A DNA stretch of 64,000 nt from Spirochaetia bacterium (lineage in GTDB: Bacteria; Spirochaetota; Spirochaetia; UBA9216). The DNA lies in the NCBI GenBank assembly GCA_965140585.1, contig OZ223269.1, forward strand, positions 416,001-480,000, given 5' to 3'. A model generated the notes under the pieces. That model made no database searches. It saw nothing but the letters and a program-made list of their open reading frames with translations, and was not told the DNA's origin. A program made the translations under genes and the position numbers. This document shows positions 12,303-21,377 of this stretch, piece after piece (positions within the stretch are counted from its first letter, which is position 1; every line of letters starts with the position of its first letter).

Positions 12303-12593
12303 AAATTATAAAAATGTGAGATCAAAATCCAGGATCTGGGAAATAAACACTGCATTGCTCTGGCCTGAACCAAGCCTGACAGTTTTTGCTTCAGTCATTA
12401 ATGCAAAAAATCAGGGTATACAGATCTTCTTGACTATGGTTGCGGATCAGGCAGGCATACATTACAGATACGCCATATTGATGATTGTCTTATTGAAGGC
12501 CGTATCCAAGCAGGCAAACACTACTTAGTTCTATCAACAAAAAAGCTGCCAGTCAAAGGCAGCTTTTTATATTTTAAAAGTTATCAGTTCTAA
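12295..12593 (+). pseudogene. remnant of class I SAM-dependent methyltransferase
   Basis: Motif I TDLLDYGCGSGRHT at 12420-12461, out of frame with the upstream ATG 12295 (MNKNY..LLWPEP); far too short for a full domain. Confidence 0.6.
12540..12568. terminator. bidirectional intrinsic terminator
   Basis: AAAAAGCTGCC-agtcaaa-GGCAGCTTTTT. Confidence 0.85.
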
Positions 12594-12959
12594 TTACTTC
12601 ACTTCAGAAACTGTCAGTACATTCTTGTCAGGATCATAAAACTTAAGCATCCGCATATCCTGCTCGGGGAAATCCACTATATCACCGTAAAGTGTAACTT
12701 CTTCGGCAACAAGGTGAGCCTTGAATGCATCTATGTCTTCTATACCGAGTGTCAGAAACTCGTTGACCGGGTAGGTTCCTTCCTTGCTCCACTTGTTAAC
12801 TGCAAGGTAGGTGTTGGTTGTTCCCGGAACCGCAAGTTCAGTCCATCCGTCAGATTCAAATGCTTTTTTGAAGCCTAAAATTGCAGTATAAAAATTAATA
12901 GTTTTTTCAGGATCTCTTGCCCATACATAAGAGATGATGTTTTTATAGCTAAGATTCAT
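12594..12959 (-). CDS. VOC (glyoxalase/bleomycin resistance) family protein
   Basis: RDPEKTINFYTAILGF...FYDPDKNVL pattern, 121 aa, AGGAG RBS. Confidence 0.85.
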   Translation of the reverse strand: MNLSYKNIISYVWARDPEKTINFYTAILGFKKAFESDGWTELAVPGTTNTYLAVNKWSKEGTYPVNEFLTLGIEDIDAFKAHLVAEEVTLYGDIVDFPEQDMRMLKFYDPDKNVLTVSEVK

Positions 12960-12993
12960 TCTAACTCCTTTACTTCATTCATATTCCTGTATA

Positions 12994-14229
12994 TCAGGTA
13001 GGGTAGATTACATTGATGACATTGTCAATTTTTTTCAGTTCAGATTCAAGGCTTTTTAACTGATTTTCGGATAAAGCCTCTGCCTTTGATATTTTCTCAA
13101 GCTTCTTAATTATTGTGTGTACAGCATCAAAACCCTTGCCCAGTGAAAGATCTTTATCAAGCTGCTCTGAAAAGGCGGGATTGATACTATCAATCAGTTC
13201 TCCGGCTGCGATGCTGTCTTCTTTTCCGCCGCCTTTTACCGAATCAATAGCGTTTCTAAAATCATGCAGGATTTTAACCGTCTTATTAAAATGCTCTTCG
13301 GTATAATTCAGCTTCTTCCGGTAATGCCGGTAGGTGAGGAAAAAACGGATTTCTTTCCAGGAGTGACCCTTTTTTACAAGGTCTTCAGGGTAAACGATAT
13401 TGCCCCGGCTCTTGGACATGGAAATTCCGTCAACTACCAGGTGTTCGCCGTGCATGTAGTAGTTTGCATAGTCTTTACCGGAATATCCCTCCATTACTGC
13501 TATATTGTAATCATGGTGGCGGTAAATATTATCAATACCTCCACAGTTTATATCAACCTGATCTCCAAGGGTCATTATTACAATGGCTGGATCCTGAATA
13601 TTCCAGGAAGGACGCCCTTTTCCTATTTCTGTGTCCCAGACAGGCCCGTATTCTTCTCCGTCTGCATGCCACAGTATGAAATCACCTAGGTTCCACCTGT
13701 TACCGTTATAAGTGTCACGACGGAAACGCCTTTTCTCTTTAGGCCAGCGCTTCATATCAAGCTGAAAAAGTTTTCCGAAATTATCAATTTTCAATGGATC
13801 GAAAAAATAATCACCGTCAAGTTCATAGGCAATTCCCTTCTCAACAAGGGTTTTAATAATTTTTACTGTGGAGTCAATGCTTTCTGTAGCTGGAATGAGG
13901 TGTTCCGGCATAACAAAATCAAAGCCGTCCAGACTGTCTCTGAATATAGCAAGCACGTCGCCCGTAAGCTCGTGAACTGCAACTCCCTTCTTTTTAGCTT
14001 CCGAGATGGTTTTATCTTCAATGTCGGTAAGGTTCATCGCCCGTTCAACATGGTAACCGCTGAACTTGAGATACCTTACCAGCAGATCTTCATAAAGAAA
14101 GGTTCTGTAGTTGCCAAGATGAGCTTTCTGATAAATTGATGGTCCGCATGTAAATATTTTTACGTTTTTCCCATTCCTCGGCCTGAATTCCTCAAGCTCC
14201 CTGGCCATGGTGTTATATATTTTAAGCAA
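12994..14229 (-). CDS. cysteinyl-tRNA synthetase paralog lacking the anticodon-binding domain
   Basis: CGPSIY..HLGN (HIGH), NLTDIEDK, DFILW, GRPSWNIQD, GGIDNIYRHH, SMSKS, HYR; ends at 411 aa. GAGGT lies 8 nt before the TTG. Confidence 0.85.
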   Translation of the reverse strand: MLKIYNTMARELEEFRPRNGKNVKIFTCGPSIYQKAHLGNYRTFLYEDLLVRYLKFSGYHVERAMNLTDIEDKTISEAKKKGVAVHELTGDVLAIFRDSLDGFDFVMPEHLIPATESIDSTVKIIKTLVEKGIAYELDGDYFFDPLKIDNFGKLFQLDMKRWPKEKRRFRRDTYNGNRWNLGDFILWHADGEEYGPVWDTEIGKGRPSWNIQDPAIVIMTLGDQVDINCGGIDNIYRHHDYNIAVMEGYSGKDYANYYMHGEHLVVDGISMSKSRGNIVYPEDLVKKGHSWKEIRFFLTYRHYRKKLNYTEEHFNKTVKILHDFRNAIDSVKGGGKEDSIAAGELIDSINPAFSEQLDKDLSLGKGFDAVHTIIKKLEKISKAEALSENQLKSLESELKKIDNVINVIYPT

Positions 14230-14251
14230 TGTTCATAACCTCGTTTCTATG

Positions 14252-14280
14252 AATATATACAAAAAAAACTCCAAAGTCGA
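14252..14280 (-). promoter_or_regulatory. putative sigma70 promoter of the CysRS-like gene
   Basis: TCGACT-17-TATATT on the minus strand. Confidence 0.5.
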
Positions 14281-14363
14281 TATAAAAAGAAAGATTAAGA
14301 GCTTTGGATAATTACGTACTGTATTACTCGAAAAAAAAATATATAAGCGTTATACTAATCGTC

Positions 14364-14978
14364 ATGGGAAGAATTGAGATACTTAAAAAACATTACGAAC
14401 CCAGAATTGAGAAATTCAGTGAAAACTCAAAAATCCTTGACTGGGAGAGCCCCGAGGCTCAGAAAACAAGGTTCAGTATTCTTACTGATAATATAGATTT
14501 GAACGGGAAATCGATACTTGATGTAGGCTGCGGCTGCGGAGACCTTCTGGACTGGCTGAAATCCATTGATGTGAATGCTGATTATTTCGGTGTTGATATA
14601 CTGAAGAAAATGACTGACAGGGCATCAGAACTGCATCCGGAAACTGTATTTGCGGCGGCGGATATTTTTGACGGGGGCTTTAAGTCAGAGGATGTATTTG
14701 GAAAGCCCTCTTTTGATGTTACCTTTGTGTCCGGCATTTTTAATCTGAATGCAGGAAATAATGAAGCCTTTCTAAGGGCTGCAGTACCCGTTCTTGCGGC
14801 ACTGGCAGATAAATACTTTGTTTTCAACCTTCTTGATCCGGCATCTCCTGACAGGGATGAAAATTATTTCTACTTTGAACCTTCCGAGGCAGAAAAGCTT
14901 GCATCGGCTTTTGCAGGTTCTGTAAAAATAATAAGCGGATATCTGTCAAACGATTATACCGTCATAACTGCCAAATAA
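14364..14978 (+). CDS. class I SAM-dependent methyltransferase
   Basis: ILDVGCGCG, YFGVDI, FDVTFVSGIFN; ATG 14364 preferred. Confidence 0.88.
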   Translation: MGRIEILKKHYEPRIEKFSENSKILDWESPEAQKTRFSILTDNIDLNGKSILDVGCGCGDLLDWLKSIDVNADYFGVDILKKMTDRASELHPETVFAAADIFDGGFKSEDVFGKPSFDVTFVSGIFNLNAGNNEAFLRAAVPVLAALADKYFVFNLLDPASPDRDENYFYFEPSEAEKLASAFAGSVKIISGYLSNDYTVITAK

Positions 14979-14987
14979 GGAGTAAAT

Positions 14988-15812
14988 ATGTCTGTATTCA
15001 ACCTTGCACTAATCCAGATGCTTGTAGAAACTTCAAAGGAAAAGAATCTTGAGCATGCAGAGAAGATGATAGACTCAGCCGTGGAATCCGGTGCCGATGT
15101 GGTAGTCCTTCCAGAAATGTTTAATTGCCCCTACGATAACTGCTGTTTTTCCGATTATGCGGAAACTGATAACGGAAAAACAGTAAAAAGATTATCACGG
15201 CTTGCAAGTGACTATAAAATAGTTCTTATCGGCGGTTCCATTCCTGAAAAAGCTTCTGACGGTAAAATCTTCAACACCTGCTTTTGTTTCAACAAGGACG
15301 GTGATCTTATCGAAAGACACCGGAAACTTCACCTTTTTGATGTTGATATTGAGGGCGGAATCAGTTTTCATGAGTCTGAAACGCTCAGTCCCGGAAACAG
15401 GGTAACGGTTATTGATACTGAGTTCGGTAAAATCGGGGTTGCTATCTGTTTTGACATCAGGTTTGCCGAAATGTTCCGCGAAATGGCGATCCAGGGTGTT
15501 CACACCATTATCGTTCCCGGTGCATTTAATATGACAACCGGGCCTGCACACTGGGAGCTTTCATTCCGTATGCGGGCGGTGGATAATCAGGTCTTTATGG
15601 CTGGATGTGCACCAGCCCGAAATCACGATGCCGGATACCTATCCTGGGGCAATTCACTGATAACCGATCCCTGGGGTGATGTTATGGATTCGCTGGATGA
15701 GGAAGAGGGAATTTTAATCAGGGAAATAAACACTAAAAAGGTCTACAGCTACAGAGAACAGCTTCCTATCCTGAAGGGATTCAGAAAAGACTACAGCGGA
15801 ATTCTGATGTAG
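14988..15812 (+). CDS. carbon-nitrogen hydrolase (Nit2/omega-amidase-like)
   Basis: E-K-C triad: LPEMF, HRKLHLFD, ICFDIRF; TGPAHW, RAVDNQ. Confidence 0.92.
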   Translation: MSVFNLALIQMLVETSKEKNLEHAEKMIDSAVESGADVVVLPEMFNCPYDNCCFSDYAETDNGKTVKRLSRLASDYKIVLIGGSIPEKASDGKIFNTCFCFNKDGDLIERHRKLHLFDVDIEGGISFHESETLSPGNRVTVIDTEFGKIGVAICFDIRFAEMFREMAIQGVHTIIVPGAFNMTTGPAHWELSFRMRAVDNQVFMAGCAPARNHDAGYLSWGNSLITDPWGDVMDSLDEEEGILIREINTKKVYSYREQLPILKGFRKDYSGILM

Positions 15813-15835
15813 AATCTTCTGCCGTTAAAGTCGTT

Positions 15836-16114
15836 TTATTTCTCTGTTCCGGTCAACCGTTCGAATTCCGGAGATTTTTTCTGATAAGCATTCCTGTAAA
15901 CATGCATCAGCCTTTCCTTTTCATTCGGACCGATTTTACGGTATTCGCCGTCAAGAGAATTTACAGGAACCAGTGTGAGTATTCTGACTTCTTTCAGCGC
16001 GTTTTCCGGATCCCTTGTATAATGTCCAACCAGATCATGAAGATCGTCAAAATTTTCAAGGAATTCTACATATTCATTAGTACCGAGATCGAAAATATCA
16101 CCCTTTTCAGGCAT
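15836..16114 (-). CDS. hypothetical protein
   Basis: 92-aa ORF with GGAG RBS that fills the gap between neighbours; no motif recognised. Confidence 0.65.
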   Translation of the reverse strand: MPEKGDIFDLGTNEYVEFLENFDDLHDLVGHYTRDPENALKEVRILTLVPVNSLDGEYRKIGPNEKERLMHVYRNAYQKKSPEFERLTGTEK

Positions 16115-16184
16115 AAGGTCTCCTCTGAAGGATTTATAATAACAGCATAAACAGAATATCTGCTTTGCGCAATAAAAAGGTGCT

Positions 16185-16212
16185 TTGAACTGTGGGGTTT
16201 TTAATTTATAAT
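16185..16212 (+). promoter_or_regulatory. sigma70 promoter, leaderless arrangement
   Basis: TTGAAC-16-TATAAT, 7 nt before ATG 16220, no SD. Confidence 0.65.
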
Positions 16213-16219
16213 CTGACCC

Positions 16220-16681
16220 ATGATTCCAGCTGATATAAAAGAATTCCTTACGGCAAACGGACTCAAGGCTATTGAGTTCGAGGAAGGAAGTACACCAACA
16301 GCAGAAACTGCTGCATCGATGCTGAAAGTAACAGTAGGGCAGATAGCAAAATCGATATTATTCAAAGGCAAGGATGGTAACTTTTACTTGGTTGTCTGTG
16401 CCGGAGATAAGAAGATTTCTACAGCAAAACTGAAGGCTTTAACAGGAACAAAGACAAGGATGGCAAATGCCCAGGAGCTCTATGACGTTCTTGGTTTCAG
16501 ACCGGGTGAGGTCTGTCCGTTTCGTAAAACAGATATCCCTGTCTATATTGATGTAAGTCTGGCGGAATATGAAACAGTATATCCTGCCGCAGGCAGCGAT
16601 TCGTCAGGTGTTCCTGTATCCTTCGCAGGACTGCTGGATATTACGGGTGCTCTGGAATGCGATGTTACTTCAGAAAGCTGA
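16220..16681 (+). CDS. YbaK/ProX-family aminoacyl-tRNA deacylase
   Basis: TPTAETAA, QIAKSILF, GxxxGxVCPF, VYPAAG. Confidence 0.88.
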   Translation: MIPADIKEFLTANGLKAIEFEEGSTPTAETAASMLKVTVGQIAKSILFKGKDGNFYLVVCAGDKKISTAKLKALTGTKTRMANAQELYDVLGFRPGEVCPFRKTDIPVYIDVSLAEYETVYPAAGSDSSGVPVSFAGLLDITGALECDVTSES

Positions 16682-17976
16682 CACTGCTTCTTATTCTCAC
16701 GCTGTTTGTCTTTTCATGTAACGGCAGCCCGGGAATAATTTTTCCTGATTATTCTTTTTTATCTGAATCATCACCTTCAACAGATGCAGTAAGAGTTCTG
16801 CATAATCTTTATTCCAGCGAACTGGATGCTTTAGATGAGCTGGTCGGAAGGTTTAACAATGAGAATGAATACGGGATTCGGGTTGTTCTTGAAAAAAGAT
16901 CGGTAAATTTTGTCCCGGAAGATTCAAATATTATTCTGACTTCAGCCTCTGAATCTGAAGAATTACTTAAGGCCGGAAAAACTTCTGAGCTTTCTCCCTT
17001 TTTTTATCATCCTCTCTGGGGAGAACAGTTCGGTAGAATGGGTTTTTATGCTGTCGCCAGGGGACAGACCGATTACTGGGAATGGAGCCGAAAGATAAGT
17101 TCTGTACCACTGCTAATGGATGCAGGTGTAATGATTATCAATGAAGATCTTCTGGCAGATTCCGGATATGGAAAATTCCCGGGAACATGGTTTTTCTTCA
17201 ACAGGCTTGTTAAAAAAGTCAGCCGATTGACAGGTTTCCCGGCTTTCGGAATAGATCTAAATTCACAGTCATATGTATCTTTAATAAACGGAAGGGGCGG
17301 TTCCATCCTTCGCCCAAATCGCTCAGCATACAGTTTTAACAATCCAACCGTTATTGGTGCCGTCAGTCTGATTAAAAGTCTCATCAAAAAAAATGCAGTA
17401 CTCTATCCTGCTGCCTCTTATGAGAATCAAACTTCCTTTATTTCAGGAAATATGCTCTGTTCACTGACAGGAATAGAAGGGTTAAAATACTACAATACTG
17501 TGCTGAAATCAGTTAATCCTGAACTTGACTGGTCGGCGGTTCCTGTTCCATCAAGACGTCTGGGAAACAGTTTTGTGCTTGATGCCGACTTGACCGCAGC
17601 TATTATGAAAGGTGAGGCCGGAGAACAGCTTTCTTCATGGATTTTTATACACTGGCTTACGGAAGAGTCGCAGCAGATCTATCTTTCTTCTCAAACCGGA
17701 AAATTGCCTGTAAAAGCTGATGCATTAAAAGCTGTACTGTCAACAGACCCGGCTGATTCCGGGCTTCCAAAGCAGTGGTATGAGATTGCCGGAATAATTC
17801 TGAACTCACATAAAGAGCCTGCTCCTGTTTTTGCAGATTATCCTGCTGTAGCCGGAAAATTTGAGAATATGATTAAGAGAAGTTTTGACGGCGGATTTGT
17901 AATTATTGAGTCCGTACGGCTGAACCGTGAGGTTGCAAAATACCGCAAGTCTTTGGAGGGGGATGCTGCAGAATGA
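16657..17976 (+). CDS. extracellular solute-binding lipoprotein (family 1, UgpB/sugar-like)
   Basis: Lipobox LFVFSC; LVGRFNNEN..GIRV, INEDLL..G, SWIFIHWL, TGKLPV; divergent. Confidence 0.7.
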   Translation: MRCYFRKLTLLLILTLFVFSCNGSPGIIFPDYSFLSESSPSTDAVRVLHNLYSSELDALDELVGRFNNENEYGIRVVLEKRSVNFVPEDSNIILTSASESEELLKAGKTSELSPFFYHPLWGEQFGRMGFYAVARGQTDYWEWSRKISSVPLLMDAGVMIINEDLLADSGYGKFPGTWFFFNRLVKKVSRLTGFPAFGIDLNSQSYVSLINGRGGSILRPNRSAYSFNNPTVIGAVSLIKSLIKKNAVLYPAASYENQTSFISGNMLCSLTGIEGLKYYNTVLKSVNPELDWSAVPVPSRRLGNSFVLDADLTAAIMKGEAGEQLSSWIFIHWLTEESQQIYLSSQTGKLPVKADALKAVLSTDPADSGLPKQWYEIAGIILNSHKEPAPVFADYPAVAGKFENMIKRSFDGGFVIIESVRLNREVAKYRKSLEGDAAE

Positions 17977-18290
17977 AAAAAACTCTTGTATTGTCAAATA
18001 CCTGGCGGCCCGAAAAAAATGAAGAACACTGTATTAAGTGCGGTGAAAAAATTGAATACAAATGGGGCGAGTACTCCTTCCGCTACTATGAGAAGAAGGA
18101 TAAATCGGATATCGCTCCAATGTGTAAGGCCTGTGCTTCAGATCTTAAAAATACCGATCCTCAGGTAAGAGTAATCAGCAGGTCCATGATTATGGAATTA
18201 ATCAGTTTGAAAAATTCCGCCTGGAAAACTCAAAAGTATAAATGGTCAGCTGGATCTAAAGTCAGTACGGATGATAAAGAGAAGACTTAG
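17973..18290 (+). CDS. hypothetical protein with two CxxC pairs
   Basis: CIKC...CKAC; ATGA overlap with the upstream gene. Confidence 0.65.
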   Translation: MKKTLVLSNTWRPEKNEEHCIKCGEKIEYKWGEYSFRYYEKKDKSDIAPMCKACASDLKNTDPQVRVISRSMIMELISLKNSAWKTQKYKWSAGSKVSTDDKEKT

Positions 18291-19517
18291 AGCTGCCAAT
18301 CCTGCAAGAACGCCGAATAATATCCTGTATGAATCAGCTCCGGTATATGAAAGGACATCAAGCATTTTACCGCTGAGTACTGATATTCCAAGGCTCAACG
18401 GAAGCATGAGTACTGGTGCTGCAGCAAAATGACTTGTCGCATCAGGCTTTCCTGAAATAATTTTGATTGCCGGAGCATAGATCAGGCTTCTGATCGATCT
18501 TGCTAAACCCAGAAGAAGACTGGCAGCCAGAAATCCCGCAATATTCGTGCAGAAAATCAATATAATGATCCCGGGCACACTGAAAAAACGTGAAAGTATA
18601 CATTTATTTTTCAAGCTGAGCAGATTAAAACTTCCCAGTAATACATTTGAGATAATCTGTCCAAGGAAATAGACTCCGACAAATATACCTGCTGCAGCAG
18701 CGGCCGAGATGCCGTGGTACTGAACAGCATAATTAGCATAGAATGAAAGCACGGTGATAATAGCATAGAGCTCAAGATCTCCGAAAAGGAATTTCAGAAG
18801 GTTTCTGTCTTTAATAATAATCTCGATGGAATTAAGAATATATTTAAAAAAACCGGTTCCCATTGCGTCCCTGGTTTCGGCAGAGTCCTCTGTTTCAGGT
18901 TCTTTTGTGAGCAGAAATCCGAATGAACCGAAAAAGAATAAAGCGCCGCAGAGCAAAAACAGTATCGTAGATGATTCAGGTGTAACCTCTTTGTCTGTAA
19001 AATATCCGGCAAGCAGGAAACTGCTTATAAGTCTTCCGGCTGTCTGAGCAATAAACATCACTGAAAGTGCCGGAAGGACCGTTTTCTCTGAAAAAAGTTT
19101 AACCAGATAATTCTGCCAGACCGGAAGAACCATTCCAATTCCGAAATTGAAGACTCCGTAACTTATAAAAAATACAGGCAGAGTGTATTTTGAAAATCCG
19201 GATGTTGCTAATAGAAAAAATCCAAAACCTGAAATAAAGATAGCAGGGTAAAGATGATAAAGCAGTACCGAGCGTCTTTTTTTGGTCAGTGCTCTGGTTC
19301 TGTAGGCAGACACCAGACCGAAAAAGGCCTGACCAATGAAAAAGAATCCGGGAACAAAGGAGATAAGAAAACTGCTTGCACCAAGTTCTTTTAAAAACAG
19401 CTGGAGGAATGTAGATTCAAGAACAAGAGGCAATCCGAGTCCCCAGAAAAATTCAACTGTAGAGATCCCGGCTGTATTGAGTGTAAAATTCCCGACTTCA
19501 TGTTTGTGGTCTTTCAT
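18246..19517 (-). CDS. MFS transporter
   Basis: About 12 hydrophobic segments, FLKELGASSFLI. Start reassigned to ATG 19517 because the longer ORF overlaps the HAD gene. Confidence 0.8.
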   Translation of the reverse strand: MKDHKHEVGNFTLNTAGISTVEFFWGLGLPLVLESTFLQLFLKELGASSFLISFVPGFFFIGQAFFGLVSAYRTRALTKKRRSVLLYHLYPAIFISGFGFFLLATSGFSKYTLPVFFISYGVFNFGIGMVLPVWQNYLVKLFSEKTVLPALSVMFIAQTAGRLISSFLLAGYFTDKEVTPESSTILFLLCGALFFFGSFGFLLTKEPETEDSAETRDAMGTGFFKYILNSIEIIIKDRNLLKFLFGDLELYAIITVLSFYANYAVQYHGISAAAAAGIFVGVYFLGQIISNVLLGSFNLLSLKNKCILSRFFSVPGIIILIFCTNIAGFLAASLLLGLARSIRSLIYAPAIKIISGKPDATSHFAAAPVLMLPLSLGISVLSGKMLDVLSYTGADSYRILFGVLAGLAALSLLFIIRTDFRSS

Positions 19518-19568
19518 TAAGCGCGATATTATACTAAAGTAAGTCTGTAAATCAACGGGGAGCTGGGA

Positions 19569-20252
19569 ATGAAATTCAAACTCCTGATCTTTGATCTGGA
19601 TAATACTGTTTTTGACTACAATATGGCAGAAAATTTTGCACTTGATGAAACATTTCGTCATTTCGAATTGGAAACCTCTGAAGCGTTGAAGGAATCGTAC
19701 CGCGTTGTAAATGAGGCAACATGGCAGCGGTATGAAAAAGGTGAGATTACTTCCGAGCAGCTGCGTATAAAAAGATTTGAGACATTCGGAAGCCTGCACG
19801 ATTTTAACTGGGATGCCGCGGTAGTAAGCCGTGTATACCTGGAAAATCTCGGAAAGGGCGGTTTTATGATAGATGGGGCTGAAGAGATAGTCTTTGAAAC
19901 CGCTGAAAAATTCAGAATAGCTTCTGTTACAAACGGTATTTCTGATGTTCAGAGGTCAAGACTGACCAACTCACCTCTGAAGGATATATTTAATCCGCTT
20001 GTCATTTCCGATGAAGTAGGTGTTGCAAAACCCAATCCTGAAATATTCAGAATCCTCATGGAGAAATCCGGAATCAATGAGTCTGACAGTATTCTAATGA
20101 TTGGTGACGGACTTTCTTCAGATATTCAGGGTGCTATTAACGCAGGTATAAAAAGCTGCTGGTTCAATCCTGATGATGCTCCGTTACCTGATGGAATAAA
20201 ACCGGATTATATAATAAAAAAACTCAGCGAACTGAGAGACATTATTTACTGA
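19569..20252 (+). CDS. HAD hydrolase, YjjG-like nucleotidase
   Basis: FDLDNT, VTNG, KPNP, IGDGLSSDIQG. Confidence 0.9.
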   Translation: MKFKLLIFDLDNTVFDYNMAENFALDETFRHFELETSEALKESYRVVNEATWQRYEKGEITSEQLRIKRFETFGSLHDFNWDAAVVSRVYLENLGKGGFMIDGAEEIVFETAEKFRIASVTNGISDVQRSRLTNSPLKDIFNPLVISDEVGVAKPNPEIFRILMEKSGINESDSILMIGDGLSSDIQGAINAGIKSCWFNPDDAPLPDGIKPDYIIKKLSELRDIIY

Positions 20253-20269
20253 GAGGAATTAAAGCGCAA

Positions 20270-20650
20270 ATGGCATATTCAGATGATTTTATAAGACAGG
20301 CTGAAAGAGGAATTAAAAAAGAGGGCAGGCTTGATCCTGAAAAAATAAGAGCAATTCTGTTCAGCTTTCTCGATAATATTCCTGAAGACCTGTGCTGGGA
20401 TATTTTTAACCGTTTTAGTGAAGCTGTTAATGAGGCAGCTGAAGACCGTTCCAAAGCCGACAGTCTGTTAACCCTGCTTGCAGCAGTGGTGGATCTGTTT
20501 GAAGGTGAATATGATGAAAAATCGGGACTGATTGGCGATGAAAATCTTAAATACATCAGTGAAGGTGTAAATGACTATGCGCTTGACATGTCCGATGATA
20601 TTTTGATGAATGTAATGGGCGTTGCAGTCTCAAGAAAACTGCTTGATTAA
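20270..20650 (+). CDS. hypothetical protein
   Basis: 126-aa acidic helical ORF with GAGG RBS, in an operon. Confidence 0.75.
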   Translation: MAYSDDFIRQAERGIKKEGRLDPEKIRAILFSFLDNIPEDLCWDIFNRFSEAVNEAAEDRSKADSLLTLLAAVVDLFEGEYDEKSGLIGDENLKYISEGVNDYALDMSDDILMNVMGVAVSRKLLD

Positions 20651-20665
20651 AGGAGTACCTGAAAA

Positions 20666-21295
20666 ATGATCAAAGTTGAACAATTTACACTCGGCGCATG
20701 GATGGTTAATTCATACGTAGTTTATCCTGAAGGTCAGAAAAACTGCTGGATTATCGACGCTGGTTTTGAGCCTGAACCAATGATAGAGGCTTTAAAGGCT
20801 AAAGATTTGAAGCCTGAAATGCTTATATATACACACGCGCATCTTGATCATATTGCAGGCGGCGAGGCTGTAGCAAAAGCATTTCCTGGAATTAAATCGG
20901 CTATCCATACCGATGAAGCTGCATTTCTATCAGATTCTTCACTGAACATGTCCTCCCAGATGGGGATGAATATAACTGCACCTGCAGCCGAGCTTATCCT
21001 TGCCGACGGTCAGGAGCTTGAAATAGGCGGCAGTACCTTCAAAGTAATTCATACACCCGGTCACAGCCCCGGCGGTATCTGTCTTTACTGTGAAGATGCC
21101 AGACTGATGTTCTCGGGCGACACACTCTTTGAAGGTTCAGTAGGCCGTTACGACTTTCCGACCTCCGATGGTGAAAAACTGTTTAAATCGATTAGAGAGA
21201 AGCTTCTGTTTCTGCCGGAAGATACGAAGGTATACCCGGGGCATGGTAATTCCACACGAATAGGCCGTGAAAAGAGGTCCAACCCCTTTTTATAG
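20666..21295 (+). CDS. MBL-fold hydrolase (glyoxalase II/YcbL-like)
   Basis: THAHLDH, TPGHSPG, FSGDTLF, VYPGHG. Confidence 0.92.
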   Translation: MIKVEQFTLGAWMVNSYVVYPEGQKNCWIIDAGFEPEPMIEALKAKDLKPEMLIYTHAHLDHIAGGEAVAKAFPGIKSAIHTDEAAFLSDSSLNMSSQMGMNITAPAAELILADGQELEIGGSTFKVIHTPGHSPGGICLYCEDARLMFSGDTLFEGSVGRYDFPTSDGEKLFKSIREKLLFLPEDTKVYPGHGNSTRIGREKRSNPFL

Positions 21296-21377
21296 GTTCC
21301 AGAGCGGTTGAAAAATTGTAGAAAATCTCCGGTCCTGATGCTATATTACTGAATATAAAAAGTCTTTATGACCGGAG

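Noticed and set aside
12235-12528. 97-aa track ORF as a real gene
   Set aside because: Overlaps the kinase end and runs out of frame through the methyltransferase motif; better read as a relic.
8246-12593. Calling the AT-rich patch a mobile element
   Set aside because: No transposase, integrase, terminal repeats or target duplication seen.
14222-14236. Mini-ORF ATG AAC ATT GCT TAA overlapping the CysRS-like start, as a regulatory uORF or frameshift sign
   Set aside because: The SD is too close to this ATG but well spaced for the in-frame TTG, and the N-terminus MLKIYNT matches normal CysRS starts.
19518-19799. N-terminal 94 aa of the 517-aa MFS ORF
   Set aside because: Mostly antisense to the HAD gene; a promoter sits just upstream of ATG 19517.
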